A stretch of DNA of 53,737 nt from a virus: the IMG/VR virus record IMGVR_UViG_3300045988_128558, positions 1-53,737 of that record; one strand, 5' to 3'. Numbering within the stretch: position 1 is the first letter of the stretch; each line of letters starts with the position of its first letter. Shown one piece after another: positions 43,295 through 51,946 of the stretch. The notes below the pieces were generated by a model, which saw nothing but the letters and a program-made list of their open reading frames with translations, searched no databases and was not told the DNA's origin. A program made the position numbers and the translations under genes.

Positions 43295-44080
43295 CTACAG
43301 CACGTCGTCAATCGACTCAGCCGAGGAGTATGCCTCCGCACCGTCGTTGCTGACCTCATCCATGTAGTCGCCCAGACCCTCGAAGGCTGCGCCAGCGTCG
43401 CGTACACCGTCCAGACGCTCGCCGTCCTGGGTCTTGAGGACCGAGTTCAGGAAGAAGGTCAGTCCGGTGGAGCCTGCGAAGCGGTAGACGAAGGGCACCA
43501 GTTCAACGAAGCCGTAGTCACCGGAGTGAACCTCTTCGACATCTGCCTTGACCGGGCCGGGCTTGCCGGTGGAGGGGTTGGTACCCCACTTGAAGACAGG
43601 GACAGGGCCGCGCTTTGCCTTCGGATTGACGTTGAAGGAGTAGGTGTTCACCAGGTGGGCGGGGGTCTGCTCGTCACCCTGCTCGTCGTTATCGGTTACC
43701 TTGGTCTTGAGCTGGGTCTTGGAGGCGATGCTCAGTGCGAACTTGTCACGCCAGTGCTTGTTCATCAGCTCTGCCTGCGCCTTGGTGAGTCGCTTTTCTT
43801 CCACCGCCTCAGCGACAGCAAGCTTCACCTTCTCACCCAGAGCGTCCATGATGAGGGTATCGGAGTTGGGGATCGTGTCGTCCTTGCCGATAATCAGCTG
43901 GATACCGTACTCCAGACCCTCAAGCTTCTCGCTGTTGGCGCCCTCCTCTGCGAGGATACGGTTCACGACTGCCTGCGGGACGAACTCGCGCTTGTTGCCG
44001 TCAGCGGTGACGCGAGAGGGGTCCTTGAGCTTGACGTAGGAGAAGCGGACGCGGCCGAGGGTTACTGCATTGTATGCCAT
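43295..44080 (-). CDS. DUF2815-like single-stranded DNA-binding protein (261 aa)
   Basis: The N-terminal ...VTLGRVRFSYVKLKDP... is typical of that family. It lies in the nuclease / SSB / PolA module. Confidence 0.6.
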   Translation of the reverse strand: MAYNAVTLGRVRFSYVKLKDPSRVTADGNKREFVPQAVVNRILAEEGANSEKLEGLEYGIQLIIGKDDTIPNSDTLIMDALGEKVKLAVAEAVEEKRLTKAQAELMNKHWRDKFALSIASKTQLKTKVTDNDEQGDEQTPAHLVNTYSFNVNPKAKRGPVPVFKWGTNPSTGKPGPVKADVEEVHSGDYGFVELVPFVYRFAGSTGLTFFLNSVLKTQDGERLDGVRDAGAAFEGLGDYMDEVSNDGAEAYSSAESIDDVL

Positions 44081-44103
44081 GATGGTTGGTTTCCTTTCAG
44101 TGG

Positions 44104-44550
44104 TTAGATAGTAAGGTTTTCGTAGGCCGAAGCTACTGCCTCTGCCTTGATTTCTGCCGGGCGCTTGTCGCTCTCCGGGGCGAGAGCAAGCTTCCCGGTG
44201 GTCTTGGTGACGAACTCGCTTGCGGGAGTGTCTTCCAGCTTGGAGCCGAGCTTCTTCTCAAGGTTGGTGATGGCTTCCAGCTTCACGATCGTCTGGCTCA
44301 ACCCGTCGGTGCTCACTCCGCCTTCTTCGAGAGCGCGGAGGAAGCCTTCGGGGTCCTCGATGGTTCGTCGAGAAGCGTTGCGCACAACCTTGAGTCCTGG
44401 GAACTGTACTCCGTGGTCATACGCCTGGGTGAGCACGTGCTCCTCCACGTCGGTGAGCCATTTCTTAATCGCCTTGGCGTTCAGGGCGACCATAGCAAGC
44501 TGCTCGACGGTCAGCTCGCCTACTGGTGCGAGGACCGGGGCGTTAGTCAT
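44104..44550 (-). CDS. hypothetical protein (148 aa), resembles the C-terminal part of DUF2800-type nucleases
   Basis: Overlaps the upstream nuclease gene by 8 nt (ATGACTAA). It contains the segment GLKVVRNASRRTIEDPEGF. Confidence 0.6.
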   Translation of the reverse strand: MTNAPVLAPVGELTVEQLAMVALNAKAIKKWLTDVEEHVLTQAYDHGVQFPGLKVVRNASRRTIEDPEGFLRALEEGGVSTDGLSQTIVKLEAITNLEKKLGSKLEDTPASEFVTKTTGKLALAPESDKRPAEIKAEAVASAYENLTI

Positions 44551-45322
44551 CGGTCAGCATCCCTTCTTGTAGGAGGAATCCCCACATGGCGTTTGCTCGG
44601 GCTGAGCACACCGCCTTGGCGGGGCACCACTGGCAAATCTCATCGCGCGGACAGAACGAGCCAGTGGAAGAATTGATCTCTTGTATAGCGGGTAGCACCT
44701 TCGTGTCTACCCAGCTACGCAGTTCGTCCGCAGAGAGGCGAAAATCGCTGTGGCTATGACGGCGCGGCTGGAAGATGTGAAGCTCGACATCCTGGATGTC
44801 GTACACCAGCTCCCAGAAGCGCAGGGCGCCTGCTCCGTAGAGGAGCAACTGCGGATTCTCTGTGGCGGTCACCGGGATACCAGCACCATACTTGTAGTCG
44901 ATAACGTACAAGGTGGTGCCGCTAATGACGATTGCGTCGGCGGTTCCGAAGCACTGCTCGGTCACGAAGACTCGCTGTTCAATCATGACGAGTGCGTTCG
45001 GGTCGTCTCGGAGAATGTCGAGGATGAACTCGACCTGCCCGGAGGCGAAATTCTCCATCTCGGAGATTGCGGGGCGACCCAGCAGCTTCTCGGCCTCTTC
45101 TGCGAGTCGCTTGCGCTCTGCCTTGAACTCCGCGGCAGAGACTTTACCGAGCGCCTGCTTCATTAGGTTCTCCAGCACAGCGTGGGCTAGAGTTCCCTCC
45201 TCAGCCGCCAGGCCCGCTGTCTGCTCGGGTACCTTAGCCGACTCGATGAGGTCGAAGGACTTCGTGCAGTTGAGCCAGCGGTGGCTGGAGGAGGGGGACA
45301 GCTTGGCGTGTACGTCAGGCAT
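44543..45322 (-). CDS. PD-(D/E)XK (Cas4/RecB-like, DUF2800-type) exonuclease (259 aa)
   Basis: N-terminal LSPSSSHRWLNC, core VIDYKYG, and C-terminal Cys cluster CPRDEICQWCPAKAVC. Confidence 0.7.
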   Translation of the reverse strand: MPDVHAKLSPSSSHRWLNCTKSFDLIESAKVPEQTAGLAAEEGTLAHAVLENLMKQALGKVSAAEFKAERKRLAEEAEKLLGRPAISEMENFASGQVEFILDILRDDPNALVMIEQRVFVTEQCFGTADAIVISGTTLYVIDYKYGAGIPVTATENPQLLLYGAGALRFWELVYDIQDVELHIFQPRRHSHSDFRLSADELRSWVDTKVLPAIQEINSSTGSFCPRDEICQWCPAKAVCSARANAMWGFLLQEGMLTDD

Positions 45323-45668
45323 CCGCGCTGTTCTTTCGGTTGGCGATCTCGCGCTCCAGCTTGCGCAGGATGTCGGCGCGGTCTGCTACCGGAACCTCTG
45401 AGACGCGGGAGAAGCCGCGAGTGGAGAGCACGGTCTGCACAAGCGCTTTTGCCTGCTCCCCGGCGAGCTCCTGCAGCTCCAGGACGGCTGCCCGCATCTG
45501 CTCAAAGGTGACTTCTCGGGTGGGTGCGGGAGAGCCGCCGTTCTCAAGCGCTTCAACGCGCTTCGTCAAATCCTCCAGGGAGGCAGCGATGGACTGCAAC
45601 TCCTTGATAATGATGGTGGCCGCGTCCGTCATGGCGGCGGCGCTTGCCTCAGAGTTGAGGGGAGTCAT
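45315..45668 (-). CDS. hypothetical helical protein (117 aa)
   Basis: ATG preceded by GAAAGGAAAAG. Confidence 0.65.
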   Translation of the reverse strand: MTPLNSEASAAAMTDAATIIIKELQSIAASLEDLTKRVEALENGGSPAPTREVTFEQMRAAVLELQELAGEQAKALVQTVLSTRGFSRVSEVPVADRADILRKLEREIANRKNSADA

Positions 45669-45692
45669 GATTCACTTTTCCTTTCATGTAGA

Positions 45693-45752
45693 GCCCGCTT
45701 GAGGCGGGGTGATTCCAGTATTGCACCGGAACCGCCACCGTTTCAAGCGGGC
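45693..45752 (-). ncRNA. 60-nt composite hairpin (R7) related to the R3/R5 tRNA-like elements
   Basis: The minus strand reads GCCCGCTTGA AACGGTGGCGG TTCCGG TGCAATA CTGGAA TCACCCCGCC TCAAGCGGGC. It has a 10-bp outer stem and an inner 6-bp stem with heptaloop TGCAATA. Confidence 0.45.
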
Positions 45753-45772
45753 GTTGGTGAGATAGCCCACGC

Positions 45773-48193
45773 TTAATCAGCGTAGGTGACACGGAAGACG
45801 GTCTGCGAGCCGTAGCAACCGACTCGCTGCCTTCCTTCCTCCTGGACCAGCACACCCTTACGGGTAAGGCTGACCAGGGCAGCTGTGATGCGGTTCTGGT
45901 CGCGCAGAGACATGTCGGGCAGACCCTTACGCATAATCTCCACCCACACAGCGGCAGGTGTGATGAACGAGCGGGAAGCCGTGGGCACAGACTTATTCTC
46001 CATGCCCATGCTCTCATCCTGGAGCCATTGAATACGCTCGGGCAGGGACATACGCTCCCACGCCACAGGCACCGGGGACTCCAGCGCCTCGGTGATGGTC
46101 GCCACGAGGTTGTCTTCCATCGTGTGCGACTTTCGAGCCTGCTCTGCCAGCACTTCCTCTGCCGGAGAGAGCACGGGGCGCTCGCCGTCCTGGTACAGCG
46201 CCACCGCTTCTGCCCACACCTGGTCCACGTACTCAGGGGTGTACTTATCGAAGTCCATCTGCTCCAGAACATCGACAATGAGGAAGCGGCGGTTGCCGTC
46301 ACGCTCTCGTAGCATCATCGGATCATTGGTGGTACCCCATACGACCCATCGGCGTGGTACTTCCGTAGCCGAACGGTCATACGGCAAGCGGTACACGTCC
46401 CTCTGCCTGGTCAAGAAGTCCTTGAGCTCGTTGAAGTCGGCGTTGTTCAGGGCGTGGCCCTCATCTGACACCATAATCCACGAGCGCGAAGCTGAAATGA
46501 GCGTGTCCTTGTTCTGAATGTCGCCCAGGCTGGCGGTGTACCCGCGCGCCATGCGTTCAATCCAGGTGGTCTTACCGACACCCTGCCCGCCGAAGAGGAT
46601 AAGGGACTGGTCTACCTTGCATCCGGGCTTGAACGCACGGGCTACCGCGCCGAGCAGGGCACGCTTGGCGACCATGCGGTTGTACGGGGTGTCCTCAGCA
46701 CCAGGTAGGCACGTCTCCAGGCGGGGTATGCCGTCCCAGGTGAGGCTCTGCAGGTACTTTTTCACCGGGTCGATGCGCCGCTCACGGCGCACGCGCCCGA
46801 GAAGGTCGTCCACTCGCTGTCGGGTGACTCGCCGGATCTGGTACTGCCGCTCGATATGGTCTTTCAGACCGCTCACGTCCGCATTATTCACCTGCGGCGG
46901 GCTTCCATCCCTCAAGTCGTAGTCTTCACCCATGATTGCCTCGTAATCACCGCGGACATTCCACCAGAGGGACTTGAAGATGGGGTCGTTCATGAAGATG
47001 AGGTCGTAATTCTCGATGCGGTCTTCGACCTGCAAGGTTTTCTCGTGCCGGATGAGTTGGCTTGTCCAGTCGAGGCTACCAGAGCCCTGTTCCTCGTCTT
47101 CCTCGGACTCCTGAGCAGGCTCAGGCTCCTGCGTGAGGGTCGAGACATCCTCCGAAGCGGTCAGCGGGATACTGGCAGCGTCGGGACGCGCCACGTTGTC
47201 GTAGGCGGCATCTGCCCGGCGCTGTCGGAAGCCCTCGTGCGTGGCCAAGAAATTCTTCATCGCCAGAGAGGACGGAGAGTGGATGACTGCGCCCTCGTAC
47301 CCTGCATCTAGGGCTCCGAATTTATGGATTCGGACTAAATCGAAGGCGTTCTGTGCTCGACCGCTCGCCGGGTCGCTTCCGTGGTTGGAAAAATACAGCA
47401 AAGGGGCGTCCGGCAGTGGACTCATACCGGGAGCGGAGCTCTTATCGGCATGAATGTACCGGAAGCGGCTTCCCACGCGCTCGTAGGGGAGCTTGAAGAC
47501 CTCAATCAGCTCATCGAGGTCTTGGTAGTGCTTGCAGAACTCCCCGGCGATGCCCTTGAGCGTCAGCGGGTCCTTCTTGCGCACTCGACCGAGGGATACA
47601 ACGCCCTCGGGGGAGTCCGGGGCGCTCTGGAACAGCGCACCGGAGGCCAACGGGCGGTTCAGCTCGCTTCCGTACTCGTACAGGCTCTCGTCCTTCGCCG
47701 CGGGAGTGAACATGATCTGGCTGGGGGTGGCGCTCGCCGCGTCGATCGCCGCTTGAGGCACAGCGCGCATGATTTCACGCACGATGCGGGTGTACACGTC
47801 GGGGGTGACCATCCCATCCAGCGGAATGAGCACCCGGTACGAGGGCTTCTGAGGGGAGTGCGAGAAGGTCGTGTGCCACAGCACCGCCACGTCATCCAGG
47901 TAGCTCAGAAGCTCCGTGAAGCCCTCTGCGGAGGCTCCGTCCAGGTCGAGGGTGATGACGCTACGACCAATCACGTTGTCGCCGCTACGGTGGTGCCCGC
48001 GCAGCTCGCCGGGCAGGTATGAGCGAGCGTTCTTCTGCGTTCCGGGCGAGCGTAGCATGTCGAGGAAGTCGTCAAGGCTGTACTGCAGGGCTGTGGTGTT
48101 CGCGCTGGTGCCCTGTGCGAACTCTACGGGGAACCGCTTCTCGGTGCGGATGTCTGCGGCCACCGTAGTTGTTGATGGGGAGAGTACGGACAT
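45773..48193 (-). CDS. bifunctional primase-polymerase (PrimPol-like N-domain) / VirE-type P-loop helicase (806 aa)
   Basis: The N-terminal region has ITLDLDG...VLWHTTFSHSP...YRVLIPLDG and the C-terminal region has Walker A LFGGQGVGKTT. Confidence 0.75.
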   Translation of the reverse strand: MSVLSPSTTTVAADIRTEKRFPVEFAQGTSANTTALQYSLDDFLDMLRSPGTQKNARSYLPGELRGHHRSGDNVIGRSVITLDLDGASAEGFTELLSYLDDVAVLWHTTFSHSPQKPSYRVLIPLDGMVTPDVYTRIVREIMRAVPQAAIDAASATPSQIMFTPAAKDESLYEYGSELNRPLASGALFQSAPDSPEGVVSLGRVRKKDPLTLKGIAGEFCKHYQDLDELIEVFKLPYERVGSRFRYIHADKSSAPGMSPLPDAPLLYFSNHGSDPASGRAQNAFDLVRIHKFGALDAGYEGAVIHSPSSLAMKNFLATHEGFRQRRADAAYDNVARPDAASIPLTASEDVSTLTQEPEPAQESEEDEEQGSGSLDWTSQLIRHEKTLQVEDRIENYDLIFMNDPIFKSLWWNVRGDYEAIMGEDYDLRDGSPPQVNNADVSGLKDHIERQYQIRRVTRQRVDDLLGRVRRERRIDPVKKYLQSLTWDGIPRLETCLPGAEDTPYNRMVAKRALLGAVARAFKPGCKVDQSLILFGGQGVGKTTWIERMARGYTASLGDIQNKDTLISASRSWIMVSDEGHALNNADFNELKDFLTRQRDVYRLPYDRSATEVPRRWVVWGTTNDPMMLRERDGNRRFLIVDVLEQMDFDKYTPEYVDQVWAEAVALYQDGERPVLSPAEEVLAEQARKSHTMEDNLVATITEALESPVPVAWERMSLPERIQWLQDESMGMENKSVPTASRSFITPAAVWVEIMRKGLPDMSLRDQNRITAALVSLTRKGVLVQEEGRQRVGCYGSQTVFRVTYAD

Positions 48194-48253
48194 GTTATAA
48201 TCGCTCCTAAAGTGGTCTTATATGTTTTGAGTCACTGATGTGGTTGGATGTCG

Positions 48254-48282
48254 CCCCCGGAGTTCATAGCTCCGGGGGTTTT
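48254..48282 (+). terminator. plus-oriented hairpin plus T-tract inside the minus-strand gene block
   Basis: cccccggag-7 nt-ctccggggg followed by ttttcctttgtg on the plus strand. On the minus strand no U-tract follows. Confidence 0.5.
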
Positions 48283-48298
48283 CCTTTGTGTGCCCATT

Positions 48299-49684
48299 CT
48301 ACACACTTGGGCCGTCGTCTTCCTTCTTGAGGTAGTCCAGGAGAGCCTGCTGTGCGTCCACCTTATGCGTCAATCGTGCGTAAACGTGCTCGTCAATTGA
48401 GTTCGGAACCTCCAGGATGTGAATAGTCACAGGGTGCTCCTGTCCACTGCGGTGAAGGCGCTTATTGGACTGCAACCACGCCTCACTGCTCCACGGCAGA
48501 GACAGCCAGACGGCGATGTGGCCGCCCTTCTGCAAGTTCAGACCATGACCGATGGACTCGGGGTGCGCGGCAAGGATGGGAATCTCGCCGTTGTTCCAGC
48601 GGTCTACGAAATCCTTGTCCTTGACGGTGCTCACCAGCGCACCAAGCTTCGGGTGCGCCTTGAGCATCTGCAATTCAGCGGCGAAGCGGTAGAAGACCAG
48701 CACCGGGGAGCCATTGGCGGCTTCCACCAGGTCCTCCAGCTTGTCGAGCTTGGCGCGGTGAAGCACCGTGAACGGGCGCTCAGCGCTCGCTGGAGCGTCG
48801 ATGTCGGCTTCATGGTACAAGAAGCCGCTGGTGATCTGTGAGAGCTTGCTAGAGGCGACAGCGGCGTTCTGAGCGGAAATCTCCTCGCCCTCCGAGGCGA
48901 GCCAAACGCTCATCTCGTCGCGCATCCGCTTGTACGCCTTCACTGCGGTCGCCGTCATGCGTACCGGGTGAGTCACGTAGGTGACCTCGGGCAGCTCGAC
49001 GCGACCCTCCGTGCCCTGCGAGAGCACCAGGTGCTCGATTGCCTTGTAAATCTTCTTCTCCGACCCTGCCTTGGGTAGCCACTGGGTGAAGTTTCCGAAG
49101 CGCTGGGACGGAAGGAAGAAGCGCTCGCGGTACGCGGTCAAGGTGCGACCTAGAGCCAAACCACCGTCCAGCAGTTTGATCTGGGAGTACAGGTCGAGCA
49201 GACCCTTCGGGGTGGGGGTGCCAGTCAGACCCCATACGTGGTCTACGAAGGGCGTGATGATGGAGGCGCCCTTGAAACGCTGCGTCGCTTGGTTTTTGTA
49301 GCCGGATAGCTCGTCGATAATGAGAGTCTTGAAGTAGCCAGAGGCTGCCTTCTGCGCGGCCTCAGCCAGGTTCTCGCGGGAGATGATGGTCAGGTCTGCG
49401 TCCACGGCGAGGGCGGCGGCGCGCTTCTGCGGGGTGCCCTTCACGACGGTAATCGACAGGTGCGGTGCCCAGATGTCTCGCTCAGCCCCCCACGTGAACT
49501 CAGCGACACGCTTCGGGGCGACGACGAGTGCGGGCAGGTGGTCACGGGTGAGGGCGCTCAGGCACGTTGCGGTCTTGCCCAAGCCCATGTCGAGGAAGAG
49601 AGCCTTGCCCTTGCCGGGGCGGTGCAGGAAGTCCACGGCCTCGGTCTGATACGGGCGCAGCTTCAAGATAGGGTCGGTGGTCAT
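48299..49684 (-). CDS. SNF2-family DEAD-like helicase (461 aa)
   Basis: ORF 48299..49849 trimmed to the ATG at 49684, after AAAGGA. Motifs are LRPYQ, motif I DMGLGKT, motif II DELS, and a C-terminal helicase domain. Confidence 0.8.
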   Translation of the reverse strand: MTTDPILKLRPYQTEAVDFLHRPGKGKALFLDMGLGKTATCLSALTRDHLPALVVAPKRVAEFTWGAERDIWAPHLSITVVKGTPQKRAAALAVDADLTIISRENLAEAAQKAASGYFKTLIIDELSGYKNQATQRFKGASIITPFVDHVWGLTGTPTPKGLLDLYSQIKLLDGGLALGRTLTAYRERFFLPSQRFGNFTQWLPKAGSEKKIYKAIEHLVLSQGTEGRVELPEVTYVTHPVRMTATAVKAYKRMRDEMSVWLASEGEEISAQNAAVASSKLSQITSGFLYHEADIDAPASAERPFTVLHRAKLDKLEDLVEAANGSPVLVFYRFAAELQMLKAHPKLGALVSTVKDKDFVDRWNNGEIPILAAHPESIGHGLNLQKGGHIAVWLSLPWSSEAWLQSNKRLHRSGQEHPVTIHILEVPNSIDEHVYARLTHKVDAQQALLDYLKKEDDGPSV

Positions 49685-49700
49685 GATGCGGTCCTTTCGT

Positions 49701-49997
49701 CTAATGTTCGCTGTCGCGGTCTGCGAGCCACTGCGCCACGCCTTCATGCCCGTAGAGCACAGCGACGTTCGCGCCGATGGTGTCGAGTTTACTGATGATG
49801 TGTTTCTGTCGGGCGGAGAGGCGTCCGCCTCGCGCTCGCTTGAGTTCAAGGAACCAGACAGCCCCGCCGGGTAGGATAACGATCCGGTCGGGTACCCCCG
49901 TCTCCGAGGAGAGGAACTTGTAGCTCAGCCAATGGCGCTTAGCGCACTGTTTCACGAGGTACTTCTCGACGTCCTTTTCGAGGGGGGTGTTGGTCAT
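49701..49997 (-). CDS. VRR-NUC domain nuclease (98 aa)
   Basis: ORF 49701..50072 trimmed to the ATG at 49997, after AAGGAG. It contains the motif GVPDRIVILPGGAVWFLELK. Confidence 0.65.
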   Translation of the reverse strand: MTNTPLEKDVEKYLVKQCAKRHWLSYKFLSSETGVPDRIVILPGGAVWFLELKRARGGRLSARQKHIISKLDTIGANVAVLYGHEGVAQWLADRDSEH

Positions 49998-50025
49998 GCT
50001 CTGGCACTCCTTTTCGGCGGTTCCC

Positions 50026-50397
50026 GAGAAAAGTATATAAACTTTTTTAGTTTTAGCGTCATTTAGCGCCAAACCCCTAGTCAGAGCGTTTTGACCCTAG
50101 ATTTTTTTAGGGTCATTTTAGCGTCACTTTAGCGTCACTGACGCTAAAATCTGGATTTGTGGAGAGGTAGCTCACGTGGTTTTCTACCTGATGTGAGCGT
50201 GGTCACTAGGTGTAGTGTCGTCGGTCACAGAGGCTCTGTTTTCTGTGTGGGCTACTTCACCTTTGACTCTAATTTTAGCGTCATTGACCCTAAAATGACC
50301 CTAAAGTGACGCTAAAATTTTTTAGGGTCAAAACGCTCTGACTAGGGGTTTGGCGCTAAATGACGCTAAAACTCGCGCGTACGGAAAGTTTATATAG
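50026..50397. repeat. iteron-dense region with 50-bp perfect inverted repeats; candidate replication origin or operator array
   Basis: The arms 50050-50099 and 50323-50372 are exact reverse complements. There are about 12 exact and 2 degenerate copies of TTAG(C/G)GTCA / TGAC(C/G)CTAA in both orientations. The outer flanks are AT-rich (aagtatataaac / aagtttatata). Confidence 0.85.
50032..50037 (-). promoter_or_regulatory. candidate -10 box (TATACT) of a leftward promoter overlapping the outermost iterons
   Basis: The minus strand reads aaATGACGctaaaactaaaaaagtttaTATACTtttc, upstream of the VRR-NUC gene. The -35 is weak (ATGACG) and the spacer is 19 nt. Confidence 0.3.
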
Positions 50398-50417
50398 AAG
50401 TTAGCCAGTAAGCCCCG

Positions 50418-50448
50418 GTTCGAGGGTACAGAAAAGCCACCCTCGAAC
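50418..50448. terminator. perfect 10-bp hairpin downstream of the HNH gene
   Basis: gttcgagggt-11 nt-accctcgaac. A T-rich run follows on the plus strand only. Confidence 0.4.
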
Positions 50449-50480
50449 TTCTGTTCATGGGTGGCTCTCCCGTTATTTCC

Positions 50481-50924
50481 CTAGTCGCTTTCGGTACCCC
50501 TACCGTTAGCGCTTCCTAGTTTACCGGAAGCCTTGTACTTACTCCAGTCGATGCGAGCGCCCAGCGGTGCGTCCTTGCGGAGGATTTCTCGCCCGCCCAG
50601 ACCTCGGACCGTCTGTCCCGACATTCGCCTAAGCCTCTGCAGGCTCTCGCGGTTCTTCCGGGCCGTCTCAGAGCTGGTCTTGCGCCGGTGGTGGTGCCCA
50701 CACAGCGCGGCGAGGTTGCTCGGGTCGTTGCTCGGCCCGTTGATGTGGTCTACGTCGGTTGCCTTGGCTGTACAGCGCTGTCCGGTCACTGCGTTGGTCG
50801 CCATGCACTGAAAGCCCGCTGCCTTGAGCACATCGAGTCGAATCTTCCTCCATTGTGGGGATTGCTTATAGGTGAGTCCACTCTTCGCACCCCACCCGGT
50901 ACGTTTCTTGCTACGCTTCGGCAC
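50481..50924 (-). CDS. HNH endonuclease (147 aa)
   Basis: GTG start. Contains the motif C...C...DVDHINGPSNDPSNLAALCGHHHRRKT. Confidence 0.8.
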   Translation of the reverse strand: MPKRSKKRTGWGAKSGLTYKQSPQWRKIRLDVLKAAGFQCMATNAVTGQRCTAKATDVDHINGPSNDPSNLAALCGHHHRRKTSSETARKNRESLQRLRRMSGQTVRGLGGREILRKDAPLGARIDWSKYKASGKLGSANGRGTESD

Positions 50925-51351
50925 GGGATGCCCCCTGCGCGGCCTTCAAAGCCACCTCAGCGGCTTCTTCACGGGTTAGACCGCCAACTGAGTACTCAAC
51001 GGACTTTGCGGCGCTCAGGAAGCCGTCAGCGCCTCCGGTGATGGTGCAGACGATGAGTCCTGAGCCGTCGCCGGTAGCGTAGTCCTCGACGTGGGCCACG
51101 TCCGGCACGTTAGAGCCTTCGCCTCGCATCTTCTGCGACAGGGTTAGCCCCGCCCACGCCAGGATGTCCTCTTCCCGCCATAGTCGTCCCTCCCCAAGGT
51201 CCTTGCCCCGGTTGTAGGTCACTGCCGGTGCCGGAAAGTTCTTGCTGTTGAGAGCGTGATAGATATTCGCGCGGGTGTAGCCTGTGGCGGTGGCAATAGC
51301 CTGGATGTCGTAGAGCTTTCCGTGCTTACCGAGGTTCGGGGAGTTAGTCAT
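50911..51351 (-). CDS. helix-turn-helix DNA-binding protein (Xis/MerR-like HTH; 146 aa)
   Basis: The N-terminal LYDIQAIATATGYTRANIYHALNSKNFPAP...WREEDILAW is typical of HTH_17/AlpA-type domains. Confidence 0.6.
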   Translation of the reverse strand: MTNSPNLGKHGKLYDIQAIATATGYTRANIYHALNSKNFPAPAVTYNRGKDLGEGRLWREEDILAWAGLTLSQKMRGEGSNVPDVAHVEDYATGDGSGLIVCTITGGADGFLSAAKSVEYSVGGLTREEAAEVALKAAQGASRAEA

Positions 51352-51946
51352 TGGTTCCTTCCGTATCTTCCACCGTCAGAGTCGCCGTGTAGAGGTCATT
51401 CACGCCTTCCACGGGCTCCGGGGCGGAGAGCTTGAGCTTGCTGAGTGCGTTGGTAAACGCTTGGTTGCGGACAACGGAGCGGGAGCCCCATTCCAGGTCG
51501 TCAGGGAGTTTGATACCTGCCGCCTGGAGCAGTCGCAGTTCCTTGCGTCCTCGTGCGGCCTCGTCCTCGTCGAGGAAGTATCGAGATGCCTTCGCCCAAG
51601 CGTAGACATTGACGATGCTGGTCAGCAGCGCACGGCTGAACGTGGTGGCGAAGCTGTTGAGAATAATGTCGTTGGCGACAGGTCGGATAGCGTTAGCGAA
51701 TCCGATGTAGTCTGGCTTCTCCGCCTGTGGGGAGTACAGGGTGGGCAGTCCGTAGTCGGCGGGGTCTGCGCCGTAGGTCGTCGGCTCGTTGCCCTGCCAT
51801 GAGGGGGTGTATAAGCCGGGCAGGGCAGTGAACGCGAGTTGATACGCGCTCGGGTCGCCAGGCTCCTTGGTGAGCATGGTCAGTCCGGGGCGCTCGGCTC
51901 CGAACGAAATCAGATTAGCTTTGATCCATACGGGGATCTCAGTCAT
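51344..51946 (-). CDS. hypothetical protein (200 aa)
   Basis: ORF in the co-oriented block, with overlapping stop/start codons on both sides. Confidence 0.7.
   Translation of the reverse strand: MTEIPVWIKANLISFGAERPGLTMLTKEPGDPSAYQLAFTALPGLYTPSWQGNEPTTYGADPADYGLPTLYSPQAEKPDYIGFANAIRPVANDIILNSFATTFSRALLTSIVNVYAWAKASRYFLDEDEAARGRKELRLLQAAGIKLPDDLEWGSRSVVRNQAFTNALSKLKLSAPEPVEGVNDLYTATLTVEDTEGTND

Noticed and set aside
50026-50397. Short repeat cluster as a CRISPR array
   Set aside because: The repeats are only 9 bp long, occur in both orientations, have irregular spacers of 1-11 bp, and lie inside a large palindrome. There are no cas genes. The pattern fits iterons or operators, not CRISPR.
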